Positions 24,348 to 39,311 of a stretch of 64,000 nt of DNA are shown here, piece by piece. Made by a program: the position numbers and the translations under genes. Below the pieces are notes generated by a model. It was not told the DNA's origin and did not search any database. It worked only from the letters and a program-made list of their open reading frames with translations. Location of the stretch: assembly GCA_001949185.1 (NCBI GenBank), contig BDGG01000003.1:5081092-5145091 (forward strand), given 5' to 3'. Origin of the DNA: Ramazzottius varieornatus (lineage: Eukaryota; Animalia; Tardigrada). The stretch's first letter is position 1. Each line of letters starts with the position of its first letter.

Positions 24348-26391
24348 ATGCCCCGTCCAGCCATCACTATGGTATTCAATCGATCCTCTCGCTCGTCAAA
24401 GCTTCTGCAGAGCAGCACCACATCCGATACAGCTGTTCCAGAACTACCTTCTTCCAGTACGGCTTCAACAGCGCCTTCGGAGTCATCAGAAGCTTACACC
24501 ACTCCTTCGATCTCTTCGTCGTCAGACCACTCTCCCGAGAAGCGCATTCGCAAGCCATCCCAACGAATGCTTGAAGCGTTGCAGAACGACGAAGAAAGCT
24601 CCAGCTCTCCGGTGACCCATGGTACTGGCAGAGAAGGGAGGCTGAAAAGACAGCATAGTGCCAGCATAACACCTCCAAAGAAGAGAGCACCTGGACGACA
24701 GTCCAGAGGGGAAAGCTCGCAGGTACGGCAATTATTTGATAAAAGTCCGCGCGTGACGTAATAATCTGGTACCGGATTATACAAGGGCTTTCAGTTGATA
24801 TTCGCTGAGAATTCTTTACGTCATGCGCGGCTGGGAATTCTTGACGTCATGCGTGATGTGTGACTCGACAAGGATTTTTTTTCACGTGGCGAGCACTGAC
24901 AGCCAATAACACTGAGCACGTGCGCTAATTGAAACAGTCTCGTATAGTTTGTTTGCCGAGGTCCGAGTTTTGCTTGTTCATGTTTTGTCTTAACGGTCCC
25001 GGTATTTTGTTTTAGGTGACTGAAGACTCCACTCCAGAAGTGTCGCTAAAGTTGGACCGGATGCGAAGTCGAAAGAAAGACGTTTCGTCTGTAGTCGATC
25101 AAACTTCGACTACAGCAAGTAATGCCAAAATCAAAGCTAGCTCTCCTAAGAAACAACGACGAGCATCGGAAATCTACTTGTCGGATCAACCTCCTGACAG
25201 CGAAGTCGTCCCTGAAGAGGAACAATCAGCTGAAGAACCAACGCCTAAGAAACTGGGAAAACTGAAAGTTCGTCTACCACGATCGAACACCAGCTCTTCT
25301 ATGCCAGATGCCATTGACGTACAAGACTTGGAACAGTCGGTGGCAAACGAAAGTCTGCTGAAAACGCGTTCGGGTTTGTGCCATGATCTTTCTGGGGTCT
25401 CCTGAAAATCAGATGAGTATCAACCAGCCGTAATCCTGATTTCAGGTGGATCGAGACGGACTTTGCCAAAAGACTCCATTGAGGAGTTGTCGCCTCCCGG
25501 AAAGTCTTCTCGACGTTTGAAGAAGGCTGCGGTACAGTCTGAAGATGGTCCGATGGAGGAAGAAGCACTTCCGGGAGGTACATCCATCCTCACTGAATCT
25601 GGAACAGAAGAAGCTGAGACTGCTGATACATCCACGCCCGAACCCGGGGTCGACTCAACCGGAAGACGCCTTACGGCCAGACAGGTAGGTTCTCTATTCA
25701 CCGGTCGACTATTCAATCATAGCGCCTGATAACTATAGTTTCTTGTTTGTATAGAGAGCTAAGCTGTACGGAGCTGAAGAGCACCTGATTAAGCTGGAAG
25801 ACCCTCTCCCGAAGACTCCGGCCGCCGGTCATCTGGAGAGACGGGAAGAACGTAACAAGAAGAGGCGAGAACAGGCAGCTGAAAAGCGCGAGGTCTTGAA
25901 GGTGAGTTATTGTTAGAATGAGCAGAAAGGGAGGTCGGCAAACAAACTTGTCAAGATCGCTTTTCGAACGGCGCACGCTTCCGGCCAATGACGCCGAAAA
26001 CGTGTGCCACTTGGAAAGAGACTGATGTCGAATTTGTTTGTGGAGCTCTCAAATGGTTATCTGCTTGCAGAAAGAAACGGTCCAGAAGCTTCTGCAGAAG
26101 TCCGCTTCGGCGCGGAAGTCCACAAAGGAGGATGGTGGGAGCAACGGCGCCAAGAAGGCTATGAAGTACGTGATCAACGAGCAGGGCATGACGATGCTTT
26201 GCCCAGCAGGCTTTCCATCCATTCCTCATATGGCTCCCATCGCACCGCCAACCGTGGTGCTGTGCGGAGTCTCCGGCTGCAAGAACGTCAAGAAGTACTG
26301 CTGTTCTGCCACCGGAGTGCCGCTTTGTGGTTTGCAGTGTTACAAGAAGAACCAAACGATCTCGGCAAAGAGTGTCATCTCGACCAAGTAA
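24348..26391 (+). CDS. INO80B: INO80 complex subunit B (PAPA-1 plus HIT zinc finger)
   Basis: Spliced LTARQRA, RREQAAEKREVLKKETVQKLL, and C-terminal CGVSGCKNVKKYCCSATGVPLCGLQCYK; long Ser-rich N-terminus. Confidence 0.85.
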
Positions 26392-27069
26392 TGCTGTAAA
26401 ACCATTTGTGGTTGCAGCGGTACGATGGTTGCTAATGTTTGTACATACATGTCTACATTTCATTCCCGAAAAGATCACTGTGTCAGTTTCTTTAGTTGCC
26501 TTGAAGTTCTGTCACTTTTCGTAATGAGTTCACGTCTCTGATTTTTATTTTAACATTGTGGTTTAAGTAGTGTATCGTAGCATGGACATGTTCAGTTGTT
26601 TTACGAGTCTGTGCTCCGCGCTTGGTTTCTTGGTTGGAAAGTTATCGATGAAATTCCAAAAGATCCTGGTCCTTAAAAATTGCGGTTTTATAGTGCCAGC
26701 GCTGTGGCACTTCCGGTAGTTACAGTGGCGTTCTCTGAAGTGATGCAGCTAAGCAATCGCGCATTTGCTTGATTGGCTATCTTGATTTTGTTGATGGACA
26801 ATTTCACTCCACTTACTCCACCTTAAACTTCTGGACGCAAGTCATGCAACTTGGTTTTGCCTTTCCCGACTTCCATTTGTCCCAAGTTCTAAAACTTTGT
26901 AACATCAATGGCTTGTCGCTGCGGAGTGTGAAACGGAATCTAGCCATCGACTACGAAAGAAACACCGTAATCACCTGTCGCGTCGGAATCGCACTACTCT
27001 GCGACGTTGCTACAGTCAATCGTCGTCGACGGATCAGATGCGTGCTGGTATTCAGTCCCTTTATTCATA

Positions 27070-28837
<1,768 letters not shown>

Positions 28838-29865
28838 AATTTTAGTTTTGCTCTACTGTACAACAAAATACACCTGCCATAGGGCTTCCCGTGTTATTTT
28901 TAGTACTCAGGTTTGCTGAAGTATTTTGTTTATCGATATTTTTAAAATGTCGAACTGACAAGGAAGTGTTTGAACGAATATGTCATCCGGTGATTGCGAG
29001 TAAACATGAAAGGGACTCTTTCTGTCCCTTTCAGCGCGCGGGTAGTGCGTACGACGTGCCATGTCCATCCATACGGAAGGAGTCAGGTTGATGACTGACT
29101 GGGTAAGCGGGAACACGGTACGATCCCGTTTGATTATTCACCTGCTTGGGACAGGAGTGCACTTTATTGATCCAAGTGAATCGTCCCGATCATCGACAAA
29201 TCCATTTGCATAGATGCGGCTAGCCTAACCGAAGCCTCAGTAATCCTCGTGGGCAGTACGATTGCTCATCTCGACGTACAGTACATACTCAATTAGAGCT
29301 ATAGAACGACATCAAATTCTCGTTTACCAGATTCGTTGTTTTCTGGGATCGACGTCTGTTGGCTCCAGCAAGAACTACTGTCACTTGAATGAATTCTTCA
29401 GTCTTCCTTGTTGCTATTACCTTCCACCATGAATCCATCGCCTGTTGAATATCAGTGTAAGCTCGTTAACGGCAGAGTAGAGAATGTTGGAAAACATGCC
29501 AACTATTTCAGCCAAGGGGTGAGTCTATTCGGACGTCGGAAAACGGTTTCGCCCAGATCGCCATCTAAAGTGACGCATGCTTCCATTGTTACTGGCTGAG
29601 AGCGTGCGCCACTAACCCACGCCACCGTTTCCAAACTCGAGATCTTCGCTGACCCGTGTGGCGCACACTTTCGGTATTGTACAATGAAGAAATTTCATGC
29701 CTTCTCATGGTCACGTGGTGCAGCGTGCCATTAATTGGTTATATTACACCACGTGACCACAAGAAAAGAACTACCCTCATTGTAGGCTGAGAGCACACTC
29801 CATTCGAGGCAGCGATCTGGGCGAGCTCATTTGCGGACATCCCAGTTCTGTCAAGCTTCTTCTAA

Positions 29866-30879
29866 ATGGTATTTATAATTTCTATGGTGGGACCTTTACG
29901 TGATTTACAGTTCACCGCTTATACTCGGAAAGTCGCAGGTGTCCGCGACAAGGGCGACGATCTGGTGGACTTGCTAACTTCCTTTGCCAACCACGAAGCT
30001 CACAACTCTTCCTCCTCTCGACAACTCCACGAATTTGCTCACTGGCTCGCCATGGTCCAAGACTTCCGACATCACTCCACCACTCGTCTGTCCATGAGAA
30101 TCCTGCCCTCTTTCCAAACCCTCTCTGCCAACGCGACATCCCTCAAGTCCACCGTGAAGAAATGCACCGCAGCGGTTGACAAGACCAAGAAAGCATTGGA
30201 GACCGCCAACAATGTCAAGAACAAGAATGGCGAGCACTCCGCCATGTACCACCTCGCACTCGACGGACACAAAGCAAGTACGAGGGAAACCTCGAGACAA
30301 GCCGAAGTCCTTCGCGTACAAGCTAAAGAGTTTGAAGCGACGAAACTCGAGCAGATGAAGAAAGTACTTTGTGACTTTGCTCAAAGTGAACTCATGTTTC
30401 ACACAAGAGCTGTTGAGATGTGTACAGCGGCCTTCCGAGCAGCACAAGCCATTTCCGTTGAGGAGGACCTACACCAGTTCGTGGATGTTTATGAAGCCAT
30501 GGACGACCATCAGAACAGCCGGAACCCAGAGGTGGCACCTACGTATACTCGTACGGACCACAGAAGAACAAGCGTGGTACAGAATGAAAGAAGAACGGTC
30601 GCGTCACTTCGGGCAAGCATCTCCCAACCAGCGTTAACTTCGCACTTGACCAATGGACACCAGGAAGATGAAAGATATGACGTGGTAAGTCAACCGCTCA
30701 GGTTCCGTGGGACGAGTAGTAACGCACACTCGAGTGTGGCACTGAGCAGCAACCCCACCGGAGAAAGAAACGAACACGCCCAGCTGGAAGAGCGACCTCG
30801 ACCACAGCCTGCAAGAGCTGTTGCGAGAGCGCAAAGTGACCGGCAAGATTCCGATGAATCGGAGACGGATTCAGAATAA
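29866..30879 (+). CDS. CIBAR1: FAM92 / CBY1-interacting BAR domain protein
   Basis: FTAYTRKVAGVRDKGD, VQDFR, FEATKLEQMKKVLCDF..ELMFHTRAVE..AAF...EEDL match the FAM92 BAR domain. The true start is probably in upstream exons (acceptor at 29910; candidate ATG 29429). Confidence 0.85.
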   Translation: MVFIISMVGPLRDLQFTAYTRKVAGVRDKGDDLVDLLTSFANHEAHNSSSSRQLHEFAHWLAMVQDFRHHSTTRLSMRILPSFQTLSANATSLKSTVKKCTAAVDKTKKALETANNVKNKNGEHSAMYHLALDGHKASTRETSRQAEVLRVQAKEFEATKLEQMKKVLCDFAQSELMFHTRAVEMCTAAFRAAQAISVEEDLHQFVDVYEAMDDHQNSRNPEVAPTYTRTDHRRTSVVQNERRTVASLRASISQPALTSHLTNGHQEDERYDVVSQPLRFRGTSSNAHSSVALSSNPTGERNEHAQLEERPRPQPARAVARAQSDRQDSDESETDSE

Positions 30880-33129
30880 AGTACTCTAGCAGTGATACAG
30901 AATATTCGTCGGGAACTTGGCGGAAAGTATGCGCCATTTGAAATGAAGATCTTCTACATTTAATTTAGTTTTCCGGCCGTCCAGATATCCTAATTTGTAA
31001 GGTGGTAGATATGAATCCAAGTAATCAATTTTCCATATCAGGGCCTCGCTTCGCTCGACCCTTCTGAGTCTGTCACGATTCCAATGTACGATCCGAATGT
31101 TCAATCATTGGGTTATCACAACACCATACTGTAAATCGATACGCGAGTTGATCCCGGGTGCCTAAATGTTTTTGCAACCCCTACCCAGTCCGACACGGCG
31201 GACACGACGGTACCGTTCTCGGGCTCGTTCCCGTGTCCGGCACGGGTCCTGAAAGGGGAATGGGAGAAGGGGAAGGAGAGAAGGGGGAAAAGATCCATTG
31301 GTTGAATGGAAAAGGTGGGGTGTGGTGGACAGATTTGCTCGGCCATTTAGTTATCAGATGCTGGACTTCAGTTCCGAAGCGCATCGGATTCGAGCAAGGT
31401 GAAGTACGTTTTCCGTGCATCGGACCATGACAAGAGTTTCACCGCGGGTGTACGCGCGCGTAAACCCCTTTCTCCGCGCACGGAGCGCGGTTCAATCGAC
31501 TTTATCCGCGGTTAAACTGACTCTATCGGTCTATCCTATAGGCGTCGCACATGTCTCAAATCCGGAGTCCAGACCACTGAGATTTCGAGAGCACGTATCG
31601 TGGCCGTATTGTACAAGTGACTGCTAGTTTTAGTCAGGAAAGAAGTTAATTCTTCAGAAAAGGGAGAAAACGGGAGCCAAAAGTTAAACTGGTCTGTCGC
31701 CACGTACATATGAGTGTGCGCCGGGAAAGTGAGTTTCCCACTGGGTGCTCAAGATTTTGGGGTAGCACCGCGTGGAACTGATATCAAAAAGTTATATTCA
31801 CACCAGTTTAACGGACATTTTCTTCTTCATAAGCGTAAGAAAACTATAAGTGGTTGCAAAACGCATGGCAGTTTGAGATAAACGATGGAAAAAATGACTG
31901 ATGCTGTCCGTGGTAGCTTGCTTTGCGGTCATTACATGACCAAGTTAAAATCAGCTGGCCAGAGAGCATTTTAATTGTCTGATCGTCCGCAGTGGAAGCG
32001 CTGAGTTAATAGACATTCAGAACTGGCAGAGTTGGACTCGTTTTGTGACTTTAATGTGAGTTCAAGCCAGGTTCATTTCGGTTCAGCTAAAGGTCAGGCA
32101 ATCCAACTTAACAGATTGCCTTCAGACAGCACACGCGTATCGTGATGAAATGCGTGAGATTCATGAAGCATTACAGTAATCAGCCCTTTGAAGCAATTCT
32201 TCGTGGATATTTCCATGGCGGAAATACTCACTGGATAATTCCACTCCGGCCACCTCGCAATCCTTCTGCTACTTCAGGACAGGGGCGCGCGGAGCTTCGG
32301 AGGATAAGTAAGGCTAGGAAAAACAGCGTTTTCTGAGCCTCGAGGCCGGCACAAATCGCGAGCAAGTCCCACGAGGCTCGGAAAATGTGAGAGTAATGTA
32401 TAGAACATTCGAACTGATATCAAGATGATTCTATGTGGAGCGTCGTTTAAAACTGCTTCGCGTCCCATTTTTGTATTTTTGTAACGGTATAGCTTGCACT
32501 ATATAATTCGAAATGGGTCTAGGAATATCTAAGTTCTCGAAAGCGTGCCCAAAAAAACGCATTAAAATACTCAGAACTTTCAACCGACCTCATGAAGTTC
32601 TTGTTCTTCTTTTTACTTCCATAGCGAGATTCCCAGCCTCTTGCGACTGAAAATCTGGACAAGGGGATAGGCTTGGCCTCGTCAGCCTTATGGGTCAACG
32701 CGCCCCTGCCTCGCTGTGGGGTTTGCAGATCAGGCATATACGTCACATTTAAGATCTATGAGTGTGATGTCAGTGCTCCGCTCGTGAGTTTACGAATGAG
32801 CGAATAAAGGCTAACGGAAGGAGAGAAATTCTAGCAAAAGTCCAACTGCTGCAAATAGTCATATCTTCAACAGCTTGCCACCTTTTCCTTTTCCTTGGTA
32901 TAAAGTAATCTAAAATTTTTTTTGTCATCTGGAAGTAAGAAAAAGGTCATTAATACAGCAGAGACTTTCGCGGACTGCCCATCTTTAATGCAAGTACAGC
33001 GGCAGTGCAGTGGTGTCTCACATAATTCTTCCAACAGTAACTCACGGGCTCACTCAAAAGGCCCAGCTATAGCCGTTAAGTATCAGCAAACGTTGTTGCT
33101 GGAAATGCGTCTTCACCAGAGCATAAGAA

Positions 33130-33520
33130 CTGTTCGCGGACTGTTTCCAAACGGACTGTTTCCAACATTTTCGGAACCAAGCGGAACCGAGCGGAAAAAA
33201 CTAACGGTAAAAACTGAACGGAAAAAACCCTGCGAAAAGTCTTTTGCACTAGCAGAGCTCGCATCAATAGTGGCCATTTTTATCTTCAGATCGCAGTGTC
33301 TTGATGCTCTGGCTCGATTTTTGAGGCTAAGCTTGTCATTTTGCTTTCAAGGTTAATGAAGTTGTATTTTATCCAAAGTACAACGTCAGCCATTTTTGAG
33401 CGGAGCAAACGGAGCACTTGTAAGCCGAAAGCCAAACGGAAAGAAGCGGAAGAAAATCAGCCTTTTTGAAAACGGAAGCGCACCAAAACTTCCGCCCGTT
33501 CCGGTTCGGTTCCACTTAGC
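33130..33520. repeat. AACGG/CGGAA-rich degenerate transposon-end repeats
   Basis: Two clusters of (A)AACGG(A)/GCGGAA, resembling transposase-binding subterminal repeats; no clear termini. Confidence 0.4.
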
Positions 33521-34699
33521 GTACCATTTTTATGCTCGGGTCCTCACCCATACAATTTTACGCCTTTCAGCATTAGACGATTTAACATTCGTCGTCCCAG
33601 AACCGATCTTGACGAATCCGAGTTTCCTTTCAACCTCACACATGTTAAAGGCAGAAGAAGGCAATTGTTTCTAACATTTGGAAACGAAAGTTAAGAGAGT
33701 AGACGCAGCGAATGTTGAAATAAAAGCTGTCAGAATTACGTCCTGTACCTCGTACACTTAATTGTTATATAGTACTCAACTTTTGAGTTGTCGTTTCGGG
33801 CAAGTTACTGCCCGAGTGATGCCAGCTGTATAGTGCGTACTTACTGGTCAAGCATACAGGATCCTGTCTGTCGTATCCACAAACGGGGCGGTTTGGTACC
33901 GGCCAGACTGGTCTAGGCCATTCGATGGTGTCTACCTCGGTCATTCTAAACGGATCGGCTAGGATGTTCTGGAGCAACTGTCGTACACAGAAGAGCTCGG
34001 TCATATTTCGTGATACAGTATGGGTGCTGGCCACCTAAGGTGAAAATACGAGCCTACCGAAAGTTTGCCATTCTGAGCGAACTGCTGCAAGACGTAATCC
34101 TCTCCGTATACTGCGCCAGTCTTGTCAAATTGCAATCTTCCCGTCCGCAAGTGAAAGGTTCGGTTGTAGAACCTCTGAGCAACGTGTGCACCATCAAACA
34201 GCCAACTCAATGGAGGGGACTGCAGTAGTTCCGTTGTCACCTATTTCAGAGCACAGGGACAATCGTGCAAGTGATGGAACAAAAGTGGTGCTCGGAATTT
34301 AACGTGATCTTAACCGCGTGATATTGCCTAATATGAACCGGTATCTCTATGACTCTCGCTCAATCACCCAAGTACTAATTACTGATCACGTGGTCGAGTG
34401 CGCGTTAAACTCTCACTACAGCAATCATTTGCTCGTATATGTAGAAGTCGGACATAAAGATCGCACGCAGGTAAATCACGCTCCGCTCCACCGCAGCTGT
34501 TCTCCAAACAACTGTTCTCCAGTGGAGAACACTTGTTTGGGAAATGAGTATCTGCATACGAGAATGCGTCCAAAGTATCTTCTTTCCGAATCAGTGTTTT
34601 GCGACTTCAGATCCTTAGATATATTTGGGTTTCGGCGGCCCAGTTCTACTACGAACTTTTTTTTCCAAAGTACACTTTTTGCATCGGATTGTTCAGAGC

Positions 34700-35010
34700 A
34701 CTCAAGGGCATCGCGTGGTGGAGCCGCTGCGCTTCGCCAAGGATAGAAGTTTCATACAGCTGTTGGCCCTTTTGAGAAGGTTTCTCCAAAAAATCCAACG
34801 GTGATTAGTAGCTGAAGCACCTGCACACGGGGGTTTATTGTCGGAACAGATGCAGGCACCCATTCGGACTTCGGGCTTCTGCGAAGTCATCTGACCAGTG
34901 GTCAGATGGTCAAATAAGCTTCGGCATTGTGTTCTCCGATGTCTATTACACTAGAATGCATCAGCAGTTTAACTTTGCCCCTGGGCTCCGAAAAATTCAA
35001 ACTCGTTTCT
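34700..35010. repeat. Second copy of the 8.8-9.2 kb repeat
   Basis: Shared blocks including the palindrome CATCTGACCAGTGGTCAGATG. Confidence 0.6.
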
Positions 35011-36953
35011 TCAACAATTAGTCTGGCGAACGTACGTATTAAAATTGGGCCGCCGAAACCCATCTATCTTCAGCACAAAGATCATTTACCAGAAACTGCT
35101 ACCACAATCAGCCTGGAACGGGTGTTCGATAATTTTGCAAGTTCCGCTCGAACAACAGCATGGCGGCAAGTCTGGTCGCAGCTGGAGACATGCAGTGCCG
35201 GCCGCGCTGTTAGACGGACCTTAGTCAGCTGTTCTTCAGCGTAAAATTGACGCCGAAGAAAATAGGAATGATCGGGCAGGCCGTGAGGCGTCAGGGTTAT
35301 ACGTTACTCTTAAAGTTGGAGGGGCACCGCAGATTATCTTGGGATTTCCCTCAGAAACCTGATCTATGTTACGTCAGAGACGTCGCTTGTTTAAGGTCGA
35401 ATGCAGATGTTTGATAAAGCAGTCGGCAGATTTTTCCGGTCTGAGTTTTCTGACCAACAGTGCGCTTGACCAATTGATTACCTATATGTGCACAGTACCC
35501 ATTGGATGGTATACTTGTGGATGAGTTACACAGACTGTCCCTTCTATTTTTCTCAAGAAAACATGTGTAACTTTCCAACCGCTGGCTGGATCTTTTCCCA
35601 AAGATCGAATTTTTGCTACCTGATGCCCAATTGGTATAAGAGTTACCTTACAGATTTCCCTCCGGGTGCAAGATGAGAAAACTCGTTTCCTGAACGGAGA
35701 AAACTCGTTTCCTCAACCGATTCGACTGCCTACTGGTCGATTTGATATTGATTGATCCCGCTACACTTGCACTCCCCGCTCAACTGAGCGCAGCCATGGC
35801 GCTGGAAAATTCAAATGTGACAAACAGCTGGGGAACGGCAATGCTAGGTCTGACGTCACGACTCAAACCGGTATGCTAGCCGTGTACGTACGCTGTACCC
35901 ATGGAGCTGTTACGTGGGCGATGCTGGATTCGCTCAGATAAACCGATCCGACTGCAAGCCGATGGCAGGTGCTCATCGCGAAAGAAACCATGCTGCCGAA
36001 GGACACGCACCATCTTCCATAACTGAGGAAGATGGTGCGTGTCCTGAAGATCAATCAATATCAAATTAACCAGTAGGCAATCAAATCGATCAAATCTATC
36101 ACATTGATGATCCGTCCTAGAGTTCCCTATTAAGAGAATCCAGCCCCAGTGCTATGTCTACGGCTACAGCGGCCAGCATTGAAACTATTCCCCGGCCTAG
36201 CTTTAGCTGGCGTTTAATTTTGCTGGCCGCCATAGCCGTAGACTTAGCGTTGGGGCTGGTTTCTCTGTTAATTCTACTGTCGTAGTAAAACAACACTGTT
36301 TTAGAATCGCAGCGGACCGACTGGCGTGAATCCCTCTTCAGAAGTCTTCCTATCCAAACTCCCAAACTCCACGAGTTTGGGAATCGTAAAATCAAAATGG
36401 CGCATCCTGATTTGTGAACTGGAATTCAACGTCGATTCCGAATCAATACACGTACGCCGAGAAATTATAGGACAGTAAGAATTATTTGACATGCGGAACA
36501 GACGGCAAAGTGGGAATTCAACCGCAGAAAAGAGTCGGAAAGTGTACTAGTGTGAATCAGACGCGCACATACGAGCTTCCATGCCGCCGTAGCGAAAAGG
36601 GCCGTCCCATACAGTAATAATTCTCAATTCTACAATTCGTCACACGGACGAGCTTTTTAATTGTGAGAGTGAGGTGAGATCCGAATTTACTTCAGGAGAC
36701 TGAAGTAATCGTCGTGAAAAACCAAGGATACAGCTATACAGCACGGCAAGGTGTCACGTGACAGTGTGGTTACATATATCTGTGCCGAACGCAATCCACC
36801 TATTGGCTGGCTTGAGGCTTGTAAAAATGGTCCGTGTGACGTATTATAGAAGTGAGAACTATTGCGGTAGTTTTTACTGCCCCTTAAGATTTCGTCGTAC
36901 GTCTACCTTTCTTCAGCCAAAGCAATGTAATTATGGTTTTTCCTGATATAATA

Positions 36954-37098
36954 CTGTAAATATTCGCTGCATCCGCGCAGCACGTCATCGTACAAGTGAA
37001 GTGCAGCCCCGGTTCGGTTTCACCGAATGCGCAACCTCCTACAGGGGTGCATCATCACGTACGAGTACGTACTGCGCGGATGCAGCGAATATTTACAG
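36954..37098. mobile_element. Tc1/mariner-pogo type MITE, 145 bp
   Basis: Perfect TIR CTGTAAATATTCGCTGCATCCGCGCAG with TA on both flanks. Confidence 0.82.
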
Positions 37099-38179
37099 TA
37101 TTCTGAAAACAGTGCAGGAAGTTATACTGTGACTGCAATGTACATCGGGGAGAAAAACAAACGTGGGGCCTTCGTCTTTCTTTATTAACGCGATTGGATG
37201 TCACCATACGTTTTTCTTGTCTACGTGCCACATACCTATAAGGTTTTTCAGTATGAAGTTGCCGTTTTCAGGGTCGCAATCTGAATTTTGTTATGAAGTC
37301 GCAACACGAGTTTTTAAAGTTCGGCTGGTGTCTAGCTCCAGTAAAAAGGGCTTTTCGATTTTTCTAACTGCTCGAAGGGTTCAGAAAGGGACGTAGGAAA
37401 AGTTTTAGAATAATACTATGCATCAATAGTAATGCTGGTTTAACCCGGATCATTTTTCGAATGCTTTGTCGTACGGTCAGCTGCACCATCACACCGGCAA
37501 CAGGGTATTCTTGTAGCGGGAGCTTTGGGCTATCAGTTCCGAAGCAAGAAAACAATTCTTCAGGATCTTACAGGAGAAAACTTTGTTGGAAACGAGGTGG
37601 TGAATTGCCGGGAACCACGTACGTCAATTTAGTGCGGTAATGATGTTTTCTCAATTGTTGATAAAGACAAACAACCACATCTTGGTGAGTGTGTCGAGGT
37701 TTTTTTCAGTCATGTGTAAAGTCTTAGAAAATGTGCTCTGCCCGGGCCAGGGAGAAAGAAACTTTCTGTTGAAAAAGATGTGGTTTTTACGCTATTTTTC
37801 CCGCCTGGCAGTTTTACGAACTCGACATGGTATCTCAAAACTGGAACGGACAATCGATTGCCTCCTCATTTCGTCACATTTTGACACGAAGCTTGGATTG
37901 TGAAACTGCGGGTAACAACAGAAGCATTCTTCTAACAAAAACGTCAAGATTTTCAAAATTACGCCACAGTCAGAAACAGCCGGCGATTACCCGGAAGGCT
38001 AACGTCGAGTTTCCTTGCTGAGACAAGCGACGACATCATAAGCTATGCTCTGTGACGCGGTGGGAATCAAAATATCGCTTCCAATCAGATGAATTTTTTG
38101 GACTAAGCGTTGTAAAACGGCATTTTCATACTGTAAAACCTGACAACTTGCCCCTTATCTGCGACCGACTGCACACTAT

Positions 38180-38432
38180 TTGTGAGTTTTACGGCTTGAA
38201 GATACAAAATAGGTTTGCATTGTCGTTCCCTGGTTGGCTGTCCACAACCAGAAAGTTTACCAAACGGTTCAACCATCGCGACGTTCGGACAGACCAACAC
38301 TCTGGTTAGTGGGATTGGCGTCCCAGAAATGCGTGGTCCGTACTTTTTATCAGTCTAAACTTTCTCGTTGTTCACAGCCAATCAGGGAACGACAATGCAC
38401 AACTATGGTACAGACTGTAGACAACTCATACG
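38180..38432. mobile_element. MITE-like inverted repeat
   Basis: GCATTGTCGTTCCCTGGTTGGCTGTCCACAACCAGAAAGTTTA pairs with TAAACTTTCTCGTTGTTCACAGCCAATCAGGGAACGACAATGC. Confidence 0.65.
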
Positions 38433-39035
38433 TCTAGGAAAGTTACCAACCTGGTCCTGATAATCGCCGTACTTCCAGCCAAAGTTACCGAAGATTGGAT
38501 GACGAGACATGACGCGTAGCAGATGCACCTGAACGAAACGTGATATCTTCTAGGTATTCGGATAAATGCCGACTACTTCGAAGCCTTTTACTGTAGTAGC
38601 CGGATCCTTTGAACATTTTTGTTAACTTACGTGCTGTCCTTGCGTCATTTTCAAACCATCTGCCGCAAGCTACAACAAATTTGCGTAGATTAAAGCATGC
38701 TCTGCGCGAAACAGCCTAGCTGGACCAAAGTTCTGTCGTATCGTGAACTCTTGATTGTACGAGAGGTCGACGGAGCGATTGCAGAGACTCGACCGGTACG
38801 ATGACGTCAAATGCGGCAGTAGTTACTGTATTATCTCTTGAAATCCACGTACGTCGCTTCATAGTGCTTTTATGCAACCGATGGGGTTTCGAAGGTTTGA
38901 TGGTTTAAAGCGGGTCCGTTCCATAAGCAATTTTTTGTCGTAAAAATTTGTCTTATAGAAAAGGATACGAACTTTGGACCTGAGGTCATGACCCCAGTCT
39001 TCGGCTCCGGTCGGTACAAACTGCTCGACCTGGTA

Positions 39036-39311
39036 CCTGCATAAACCGCGCCGAAAAAGTTCCCTTCAAAAATAGCAGGGAGGGAGTCGGGCGCAGACAG
39101 ACTGACATCAGACACCAACCAGGAGCATCTGGGCACTTTTTGCCGTATTTGGTCGGCGAAAACAAAAACCATTGAGTTTGAGATATTTGTCGCCCAAGTA
39201 TGGTAAAAAGTTCTCAGATGCTCTTAGCTAACTGTCTGGTGTCGGTCTGTCTGCGCTCGACTCCCTCCCTGCTATTTTTGAATGAAACTTTTTCGCCGCG
39301 TTTTATGTACG
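39036..39311. mobile_element. MITE with ~80-bp imperfect TIRs and TA flanks
   Basis: AAAATAGCAGGGAGGGAGTCGGGCGCAGACAGAC pairs with GTCTGTCTGCGCTCGACTCCCTCCCTGCTATTTT. Confidence 0.75.

Noticed and set aside
32280-32708. CAGGGGCGCG...CGCGCCCCTG putative MITE termini
   Set aside because: Only 10 bp match and there is no target-site duplication.
33765-34240. Short ORFs in the gene desert (also 39908-40288 and 42924-43235)
   Set aside because: No recognisable motifs, splice structure or consistent frame.
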